This document shows positions 17,563 to 26,600 of a stretch of DNA of 64,000 bases, in pieces. The notes under the pieces are model-generated. The model was not told where the DNA came from, searched no databases, and worked only from the letters and a program-made list of their open reading frames with translations. Each line of letters opens with the position of its first letter. The first letter of the stretch is position 1. The stretch is from Thermoplasmatota archaeon (GTDB lineage: Archaea > Thermoplasmatota > Penumbrarchaeia > JANQNL01): the NCBI GenBank assembly GCA_028279585.1, contig JANQNL010000166.1, positions 27-64,026 on the forward strand, written 5' to 3'. A program made the translations under genes and the position numbers.

Positions 17563-20500
17563 ATGTCTCGAACAGGCCTTTTTTCAACTGTCGACGGTAA
17601 GGTATCGAAAGTACTTCCGTTGTTAGCAGTCCTGATACTTGCTCTATCTGGTCTTCTAGTGGCCATTAGCGCCCAGGAGCCAGATGCACGAGCCAATTAC
17701 AATGCGGAGATCTCCATACTAGTTGTGGACAACACCGAACAGTCCGAGAACTGGGTGGATGAACCATACAAGGACGGTGATGCATCCGGTGGAGGAGGAA
17801 GTTCCACGAACAATGGTGGCAAGGTCTCCGAGGGCACCCTGCTCTCGTATTACCTCACGGCCTTGGAGAACGCTGGATATACCAACGTCAGCTACATGCA
17901 GACGTTCAGTCAAAGGACCTGGTCCTACGATTATCCTTCCTACTCTGACCTGAAGGATTACAACGTTGTCATCTGGTTCACAGGATCGGACTACCCCAAC
18001 GTCAATGAGGAGGACCCATACGACGATGCTTTGGCCCCTTACCTAGACAATGGCGGAAGGCTCTTCATCACCGGCTGTGAGATAGCCGAGGAGCTTGCAA
18101 AGACAACCTCGGACACAGACTTTTTCACAGACTACATGAAGTTCACTTACTCCAAATCCCTTTCCAACCAGGACGTTACCTGGGCAGCAGGTTCACCCAT
18201 CCAGACATCACAGAACCTGTCGATCAATGGTGAGGCAGAGTCTGCCAATAATAACAACAGGATCTCCATTTTATTGCCAGCAGATGCAGCTTGCGAGCCT
18301 ATCCTCCAGATAGGAACAGACACTGTTGGTGTGGCAACATCACATGGTAAGTACAGAGCGGTCATGTTCGGCTTCAACTTCGAAGCGATCTATGGCAGCA
18401 CTGACAGGACCAACACCATGACCGCGGTCCTCGAGTGGCTCTGGGGCATCCCAAGGATCGAGCATACCCCCCTCGGCGACACAGAAGATGTTGAGAACCC
18501 ATACAAAATCACTGCCGATATCAGGGATGCGACTCTGGACACTAGCTCCCTGGCATTGTTCTACAAGACCATAAATTCCTCCAAGGCCGAAAGCGCCTTC
18601 ACCAAGGTTGACCTCAATAGCACCGGCGAGAACACATATGAGGCTTATATCCCAGCTCAAGAGAACGGCACAGACGTCTACTACTTCCTTCGCGCGCTCA
18701 ACCAAAAGGACGGTAATGCTACCCATCCCCTTGGTGTGGATGCGAACAAGACCGCAACCTGGCATACGTTCCATGCAGGGCCGGACAACAAGGCTCCGAT
18801 CATCACCCACACACCCCCGATAGATACAGTGTTGACTGTGGCAAGGACCATCACATGCTACGTGACCGACAACCTTGGAGTGGACCCGAACGGTGTCGAG
18901 CTCATGTATCGCTTTGGAAGCGCTGGTAACTTCACTGACGCGAACATGACACACAAGGGTGCTGGTAAGTTCACTGGCACCATTCCTGGAGCATCCCAAG
19001 GTACCTCCGTTCAGTACAAGATCCAGGCAAGCGATGCTTCTGCAGCTGCAAACACCGTCGTCTCTCCTGTAAATGGTACATACAGCTATGATATTCTATA
19101 CAGCCAGATCCTTGTGGTAAACGACATCGCCTCCAGCTACTACGACAAAGATGGGGATGTGACCGACCTCGAGGACGACCTGGCAGATGTCGACTACGTC
19201 CTTTGGGAGACCGAGGATGACGGCTTCCCAGCTACAACCGATCTTCAGCATTTCTCAACGGTCTTTTGGTGCAGAGGCACCGGCGAGGCCAATGACGAGC
19301 GAGTGGATATGTGGGAGGCCATCATGGATGCTGGAACCAACCTGGTCCTTTCTGGGACTTCCGTTTCAGAGACTTGGTCGAGCTCCCAGACAGAGACCTT
19401 CCTGGAGGACTACTTCCACTGTGAGTCCGGCACCTACTATTGGGGCGATGAGATCTATGGCACCGATGGCGACATCATAGGTGACTCTCTGGACCTTTCC
19501 AGCTACGAGGGTTGGTTCAGCGGTACCGGTGTGGATATCCTCGACAGCTCCGCCAACCAGTGCTTCTGGGCACAGGGTGACGTCTGGTTCGAGGATGGTG
19601 GTCGTGAAGGAGGGGATGATAACTCCGCCTCTGTGGGAGTTTGGGTCGACGAATCTGGTCGCAAAGGACTTCTAATGACCTTCAGGCTCGAGCATGTCCT
19701 CGAATACGGTGATGGAGAGGACCTTGTTCCAAGGATCCTGACCTGGCTCGATGCTCCATCCATTTCGCACACACCGCTCAAGGATACCGAGGACACAACA
19801 GGCCCATACGCTGTGACAGCAACCATCACAGACGATGACCTGGACACGTCCAACATCAAGATGTCCTACAGCACTGACAACTCCACATACACCTCCGTGG
19901 ACATGACGGTGACCACAGGAAACACATACACTGCCAACATCCCTGGTGTTAGCGATGGCACATGGGTGAGATACTACATCTCAGCCAAGGACCTTGCTGG
20001 CCATGAGGGAAGGGCTCCTGCAGCTTCAAAGGCATACACCACCTACAACACGTTCTATGTCGGGGTTGACAAGATACCTCCAAAGATCGTTCATGATAGG
20101 TTGCTGCATACCACATCCACTTCTGCCTACCCGGTTGAAGCAGGTATCACTGACTCACTTGGACTGGACCCATCCAAGGTCAAGGTCCATTACAACCTGG
20201 ACAACAGCGCCACCTACTCCGAGGTCACGATGACCATTAAGGAAGGTGACACGTACGCAGCCGAGATCCCAGGTCAATCCATCGGTTCCACGGTCTACTA
20301 CTACATCACAGCTGCCGACCAGTCCCTGGCTGCGAACGTAGGTAGGAACCCTGCCGAGGGTGTCTATAGCTTCCAGGTCCTGGAGTCCATCCCGGTCCTG
20401 CTCCTTCACGAGGAGGACGATATCTGGTATGGCTTCGACGACATGGAGAAGGAAGAGACTCAGGAGGAGGATGAGATAGATGTCTACACCGAGCTCCTGA

Positions 20501-23500
20501 CAAAGATGGAGGTCCCATACACCTACTACTCCACCTCCGAAAAGGGTGGGATCCCATCCTCCAGAGAACTTGACGATTACGACGTTGTCATCTATGTAAC
20601 TGGCCTTGCATGGTATGCAGAGGACCTCCAGGATTACATGGACGATGGCGGCAATGTGTTCATTGCATCCGAGGTCGCACACACCGGATTCGAGTGGCTT
20701 GCCCCTGACTTCCTTGACGATTACATGCATTGCGAACTATCCCAGAACACAGCCGAGGACTCTCTCATCACTGGCGTTGATGGGGACTTCATCGGTGACG
20801 GCCTAACCTTCGACCTCTTGGGCGATGGTATCATGGGCTTCACAGGACCGCAGATGCTTGAGGTGGATGATAACCAGGCCACAGAGATCTTCGAGTACCC
20901 GACCGGAACTGCCGGGGTCAAGGTCGATGATGAGGATGGGTTCAAGATGGTCTACCTGACCTTCTCCCTATCCGCAGTACCACTGGCCCACAGGGAGGAG
21001 GTGCTTGGCCGGTCGCTGGACTGGCTGCTTGGAATGCCTGGCATCGATCATGTTCCGCTCAAGGACACAGAGGATACAACTGGACCATACGAGGTCAATG
21101 CCACCGTGTCCGGTGAGAGCATCGTTGCGTCGAACGTTAAGATGCATTACTCCATCGACGGTGGAAGCTTTGTCGAGCTTGCCATGACCGAGAGCGATGG
21201 CAAGTATAGGGCGAGCATCCCCGGACAAGCTCATGGTACAGACATAAGTTATTATATCTCAGTAGAGGACGGCGATGGAAACAAGGCAACATCCCCAAGG
21301 GGTGCTGACCAGAACAACCTTGGAAGCCTTCACAACTTCGAGGTCGGTGAGGACTCCACACCACCAACGCTTGTTCATTCCCCGCTATCAGATAACATGC
21401 GCAGAGAGTATTACGAGGCAGAGGTACAGATGGGAGACAATCTCGGGCTGGACCTGGAGGCCACAAAGCTCTACTGGAGAGTGGTTGGGGATACCAACTA
21501 CAACGAGTTGACGTTCACTATCGATGACGACGTTAAGGCGGCCGTTCCAGAACATCTCGTGGCTTATCACACATACCTTCCAGGATACGAACTGGACCCA
21601 GGCGATGTCGTGGAATACTACATCGAAGCTGTGGACATGTCCGTGGCCGGGAACAAGGCCAGGTCACCCGAGACAGGCACCCACACATTCGACATCATCG
21701 AGAGGATGGTGCTTGTTGTGGATGATGATGGTCTTAGCGATTCTGAAGAGCCGATAGTAGACGCACTTGCAGAGCTGGACATAGCCTACGCGGTCGTTGA
21801 ACCGACAGCTGCAAAGCCCATTACCGAGGCCTCACTTGTCTCTTACTCCGCGGTCATTTGGACCACAGGAAACTCCTTCTGGCAGACGATCACCGAGGAC
21901 GAGGCGGACGTGTTATCCTACTATCTCGACAATGGTGGGAACCTCCTGATGACCGGTTCCGGCATCGGGCAGGAGGCAGAACAGGGATGGAACCCATGGG
22001 GAGACTGGACCGATGGTGGAGGTGGCGGACCAAGACCTTTGGCCACCAGGGCAGAAGAGGATACCGTAAGCTCATCGTCCGATGCTCCAGCACCAGCTGA
22101 CGATCCAATTACTGAAGAGCTAGTAAAGGATGAACCCCCAAAGGATGAACCTCCGAAGGATGATGACGGTAAGTCCGACCCTGGCATGCCAGAACCTCCA
22201 CCAGATGGTGAGGATGGTGACGATGGCAAGGACGGTTCGGACGGAGATTTCATCGATTGGTATGAGAAGTACCTCCACGCAGAATATGAGAGCTCATCCA
22301 CCTACTCATCCGTCACTGGCGTCGATGATCACGAGCTTACAGATGGAATTAACTTCAAGCTTGAGACCGACGACCTGTTCGGATGGCTGTCATCCGAGGT
22401 CATAGATCCGATCTCCCCTGCGGAGGAAGTGCTCCAGTATTCCAAGGGAAGCACAGCAGGTCTGCGATACAATGGGACCCACAGGGTCATCTACTTCGCC
22501 TTCGACATTGCAGACATCCAGGAGACCAACGCTACAGAGGAGCTCATCGGAAACTGTGTCGAGTGGCTCATGGAAGGTCAGAGCGCATCGGGTGGGAACG
22601 CCCCGCAGCTGACCAAGGGAAGGCACAAGCTCGAGGACTATGGCAAATACAACTTCACGGTCGAATATTCGGATGCCGATAACGACATCCCTTACCCGAT
22701 CCTCCTGGTCATCGATGACGAGGAGTATGAGATGAAGCCTGTGGACTACGATGATAACAACTACATGAACGGCAAGAGATACTTCATCGAGCTCGATCTC
22801 GGACCTGGTGATCATGACTATTACTTCATGACCGAGGGTGCCGAGGACACGGATACCAGGACCGTTAGTGTCGCTGGTGGCGGTTCCGGTCTTACTGGGA
22901 ACACCGGGCTAATGGCCGGTGCGATAGTTGCTGGCATCATCCTACTGTTGATCATTATCGTCGTGGCCATCGTGGTCGTGCTCATCATTCTTCGGAAGAG
23001 GGCTGGTGGTGACAAGGAAGAAGAAGAGGAGGAGGCACCTGAGGAGAAGAAGGAAGAGGCTGAAGTTGCAGAGGGTGACAAGTACAAGCCCAAGCACGAG
23101 CCCGAAGACAAGTTCAAGAGGCCTAAGGGTGCTGATAAGAACTCATCCTTCCTTGCCCAGGAAGAGGCCCCGCTCGAAGCAGACGAGGTCATTGCACCGA
23201 CAGCAGACTCCAAGTATGCCCGAAAGGGTAAGAAGAAGGGCAAGGGAAAGAAGAAGCCTCAGGTGGAAGCTGCCCCTGCTCCAGCAGAGGTGGAAGCTGC
23301 CCCAGAGGTTGAGCTCTTACCTCCGGCCACAGAGACCATGGATGATCCAGCCACGTTGTCGGAAAGGCCTGGTGTGGTAGCAACAGAGACCCTTCCCGCA
23401 GAGGACATCGAGGAAGAAGAGGTCATGGACGGTTCAGAGATGGAAACGTCCCCATGCCCAGAGTGCGGAAGGATGGTCGGCCTCGATTACCTTGACTGTC

Positions 23501-23607
23501 CACACTGTGGAGCAGAGCTCGACGAAGGTCTGGAATGCCCACTGTGTGGTGCACCTGTAGAAGAAGGCGCTGATGGCTGTGAAAGCTGTGGTGCCAAGTT
23601 CGGTTAG
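17563..23607 (+). CDS. giant (2014 aa) surface protein: four tandem supermodules of about 440-465 aa (flavodoxin-fold DUF4350/ThuA-like unit plus Ig-like units), TM, Glu/Lys-rich tail and C-terminal double zinc ribbon
   Basis: GGAGTG lies 6 nt upstream of the ATG. The signal anchor is VLPLLAVLILALSGLLVAISA. Repeated unit signatures are YNVVIWFTG..LDNGGRLFITG, FSTVFWCRG..MDAGTNLVLSG, YDVVIYVTG..MDDGGNVFIAS and YSAVIWTTG..LDNGGNLLMTG. Repeated Ig-like openers are IEHTPLGDTEDVENPY, ISHTPLKDTEDTTGPY and IDHVPLKDTEDTTGPY. The TM is AIVAGIILLLIIIVVAIVVVLIIL followed by RKR. The tail is CPECG..CPHCGAELDEGLECPLCG..CESCGAKFG. Confidence 0.8.
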   Translation: MSRTGLFSTVDGKVSKVLPLLAVLILALSGLLVAISAQEPDARANYNAEISILVVDNTEQSENWVDEPYKDGDASGGGGSSTNNGGKVSEGTLLSYYLTALENAGYTNVSYMQTFSQRTWSYDYPSYSDLKDYNVVIWFTGSDYPNVNEEDPYDDALAPYLDNGGRLFITGCEIAEELAKTTSDTDFFTDYMKFTYSKSLSNQDVTWAAGSPIQTSQNLSINGEAESANNNNRISILLPADAACEPILQIGTDTVGVATSHGKYRAVMFGFNFEAIYGSTDRTNTMTAVLEWLWGIPRIEHTPLGDTEDVENPYKITADIRDATLDTSSLALFYKTINSSKAESAFTKVDLNSTGENTYEAYIPAQENGTDVYYFLRALNQKDGNATHPLGVDANKTATWHTFHAGPDNKAPIITHTPPIDTVLTVARTITCYVTDNLGVDPNGVELMYRFGSAGNFTDANMTHKGAGKFTGTIPGASQGTSVQYKIQASDASAAANTVVSPVNGTYSYDILYSQILVVNDIASSYYDKDGDVTDLEDDLADVDYVLWETEDDGFPATTDLQHFSTVFWCRGTGEANDERVDMWEAIMDAGTNLVLSGTSVSETWSSSQTETFLEDYFHCESGTYYWGDEIYGTDGDIIGDSLDLSSYEGWFSGTGVDILDSSANQCFWAQGDVWFEDGGREGGDDNSASVGVWVDESGRKGLLMTFRLEHVLEYGDGEDLVPRILTWLDAPSISHTPLKDTEDTTGPYAVTATITDDDLDTSNIKMSYSTDNSTYTSVDMTVTTGNTYTANIPGVSDGTWVRYYISAKDLAGHEGRAPAASKAYTTYNTFYVGVDKIPPKIVHDRLLHTTSTSAYPVEAGITDSLGLDPSKVKVHYNLDNSATYSEVTMTIKEGDTYAAEIPGQSIGSTVYYYITAADQSLAANVGRNPAEGVYSFQVLESIPVLLLHEEDDIWYGFDDMEKEETQEEDEIDVYTELLTKMEVPYTYYSTSEKGGIPSSRELDDYDVVIYVTGLAWYAEDLQDYMDDGGNVFIASEVAHTGFEWLAPDFLDDYMHCELSQNTAEDSLITGVDGDFIGDGLTFDLLGDGIMGFTGPQMLEVDDNQATEIFEYPTGTAGVKVDDEDGFKMVYLTFSLSAVPLAHREEVLGRSLDWLLGMPGIDHVPLKDTEDTTGPYEVNATVSGESIVASNVKMHYSIDGGSFVELAMTESDGKYRASIPGQAHGTDISYYISVEDGDGNKATSPRGADQNNLGSLHNFEVGEDSTPPTLVHSPLSDNMRREYYEAEVQMGDNLGLDLEATKLYWRVVGDTNYNELTFTIDDDVKAAVPEHLVAYHTYLPGYELDPGDVVEYYIEAVDMSVAGNKARSPETGTHTFDIIERMVLVVDDDGLSDSEEPIVDALAELDIAYAVVEPTAAKPITEASLVSYSAVIWTTGNSFWQTITEDEADVLSYYLDNGGNLLMTGSGIGQEAEQGWNPWGDWTDGGGGGPRPLATRAEEDTVSSSSDAPAPADDPITEELVKDEPPKDEPPKDDDGKSDPGMPEPPPDGEDGDDGKDGSDGDFIDWYEKYLHAEYESSSTYSSVTGVDDHELTDGINFKLETDDLFGWLSSEVIDPISPAEEVLQYSKGSTAGLRYNGTHRVIYFAFDIADIQETNATEELIGNCVEWLMEGQSASGGNAPQLTKGRHKLEDYGKYNFTVEYSDADNDIPYPILLVIDDEEYEMKPVDYDDNNYMNGKRYFIELDLGPGDHDYYFMTEGAEDTDTRTVSVAGGGSGLTGNTGLMAGAIVAGIILLLIIIVVAIVVVLIILRKRAGGDKEEEEEEAPEEKKEEAEVAEGDKYKPKHEPEDKFKRPKGADKNSSFLAQEEAPLEADEVIAPTADSKYARKGKKKGKGKKKPQVEAAPAPAEVEAAPEVELLPPATETMDDPATLSERPGVVATETLPAEDIEEEEVMDGSEMETSPCPECGRMVGLDYLDCPHCGAELDEGLECPLCGAPVEEGADGCESCGAKFG

Positions 23608-23620
23608 GAGAACTGATACC

Positions 23621-26600
23621 ATGTTCGGACGCCCTAGAACAGCAGGCCTCATGGCCATAACGCTGACGTTGGTCGTAGTGCTGACGTTCCTTGCAATTCC
23701 AGGAACTAGCGAGGAAGGTCAAGTGCAGACCATTGAGACTAGGGTGTCCGAGGACCCTATGTGGGCAGATGCTGGTCGTATCGAGTGGCGAAAGGACCTT
23801 TCGGGCTCCAACTGGGGCTATACCTCAGCGACCTCCGTCGCTGATGTGAACAATGATGGTTACCTTGAGGTACTGGTCGTTTCCAACAGTTATGGAGAGG
23901 GATACGACAACCGAGAGAGATACTCGACATCGCTCAACATCATCGATAACAACGGCAACGTGATAGACAGCTACAGTCCTGAGAGCACCCATCTGCGTAC
24001 AACGATCCCTCCTATCGTCTGCGACCTAGATGCTGACGGCCAGCTGGAGATCCTCATTGGCGGTTCTGGAGAATCGGCAGACCCTTGGGATTGGAGCTGG
24101 GAGTCTACCTTGCTCTGTCTCGACAGCGACCTGAACCTCCTTTGGACGTTCAACGCGTCCGAGTCATGGACCAACCACTGCCCTGCAGTCGGTGACCTGA
24201 ACAACGATGGCATGCTGGAGATAATCTACGCTGCATCACAGGAGGTCATCTGCATCGACCACAAGGGCGATATGTTATGGGGGATGGAGAGCGACCAGTT
24301 CTGGGACTTCGGGTATTCCCCAAGCATCGAGGACCTTGACCGGGACGGATGGCTGGAGGTCATCCTGGTGACCTGGGATGGCGTGCTCGTCCTGGATGGT
24401 GACCCATCCGACGGGTATGATGATGGAGTTCCGGACTCTGACCACGATCACCTCAAACCGTACAAGCGCACCGACTTCGACCTGCTCTGGTATTTCCAGG
24501 AGAGCATCTTCGGAAAGTGGTGGTGGGGAGACGCTTCTGCCATCGCAGATGTCCGTGGGGATGGGAAGCTCGAGATCATCACAGGGACAGAGAACGGCGT
24601 TCTCGCTTGCTTGGATGCATATGGGAACATGATCTGGAACTCCGAGATAGAGGGAGTTGCATCCACCCCGGTCATCGGGGATGTGGACAATGATGGCAGG
24701 GACGATATCCTGACGCTTACATATGACTGGAACTGGTGGGACGACTGGGGTTGGGAAGAGGACGGAACACTGACCACTAGGGACAACAACACCAACGGGG
24801 ATGATGACGACAAGGATGAGGACCCAGACAGGGACGAGCCATACTGGGAGGATTACTACCACATCGTCTGCATGGACGGTGAGGAAGGGGACATCAAATG
24901 GATGCTCCCTATAGACTGGTGGGGCTCCAACATCATCCTGTGCGACCTGGACATGGACAGGGACCTTGAGGCCATCACAACCTCTGCAGACCAGATCCTA
25001 TGCATCGACTGTGACGAGGATGGGGACGGGGATATCTCCGAGGATGAGATCCTCTGGGAGTTCTCATCTGATTCGTATTACGGATGGTACAACTCGTTCG
25101 TGGTCGCAGACATCGACCTCGACAACCAAATGGAGCTTGTCACCGTGTCAGAGGACATGGTCTATTCCCTCTCCGCAGGCGGCATCTCATCCACAGGCGG
25201 CATCGAGTGGGGCAAGCTGTTCTATGACCTGTACAATACCAATCACTATATTCATCCGATGCAGAGCGGAGTATACGTCTACCCGAAGGATTCTGCATCT
25301 TCGGACGAGAGCATCATGGTCTCCTATGCATCGGCTGGAGAGGTCATCCAGTATGACATGACCGTCCTCAACGCTGGAAAGTATCAGACCTACTATGGCC
25401 AGACCGATGCGGAGTTCTCGGACACTTTCGTGCTCTATGCGGACAATGTTCCAGAAGGATGGTCCGCTGTGCTTTCGAAGCAGCAGGTTACTCTCGGTCC
25501 ACGAGAGACCGAGGACATTACCTTGCAGGTGCAGGTACCTTATGGCGCTGCGAGCGAAGAGGCTGCAAAGATCACCGTGGTAGCGCAAGCTAAGCTTCAG
25601 CCGAGGATCAACGATACTCAGGACACCGTGACGATCGTCAAGGGACGCTACAATGTCAAGCTCAGCTGTGCTGATAACGTCCACGGTGATGGAGTGCCAA
25701 GCGATGATGGTGAGCTCATTGGTGGAGACTCCACAGTGTTCCGCGTCACTGTGACAAACCTTGGGCGTGAGAACGATACCATCATCCTGACCACGGACGC
25801 TCCGTACGGGTTCAATGTGAGCCTGACGGTTCCTGTCATCGAAGGTGAGGCTCGCCTTCCGCTTGGTGCAGGTGAAGCCCGTGACGTTCTAATGATCGTG
25901 GACATCCCGACCTGGGCCACAGGTGGGGACTACATTATCAATATAACAGGGACATCGGAAGGAGATCCAGATGTCTCGGATACGCTTTCTACCACCACCC
26001 GGGTGATGGGTGCGTTCGCTAACATCGTGCTGCGCTGCGACGATCCGGTCAAGGACATCGAGCCAGGCCAGACCTTGGTCTACAACCTGACAGTTCTCAA
26101 CTTCTTAGGGGATGAACTGGAGGTGGAGATAAACCTCACAAGCCCAGACCTTGAGTACGGCTGGGAAGCAAGCTTATCTGCAAACCCTGTGACCGTTGCG
26201 GGATTCGATGCTACAGAACTTACATTGATGATCACGGCTCCGGATGATGCCCTTGCTGACACGCTAGCGGTGTTCGACCTTTCCGCTTCGGTGGAAGGTA
26301 ACATCATGCTGCGCGACCAGCTTCGGGTCTATGCTCGTGTCATTCACGTGTACGGCCTGGACACACAGTTATCCCAGGACATCGCATCCCTGGTCCCAGA
26401 GGGCGTGGTCCATCTGACCCTGGAAGTGGAGAACACCGGTAACGGCTTCGATCACTGGGGGTTGTTCTACGAGGACATCCCTGGAGAATGGACCATCGAG
26501 CGCGACTCGAACCCGATGACGCTTGACCCGCGGAACAAGACCACGCAGACCATCCTGTTCAACATAACTGTGCCTAGATCTGCAGTTGTAGGGACGTACG

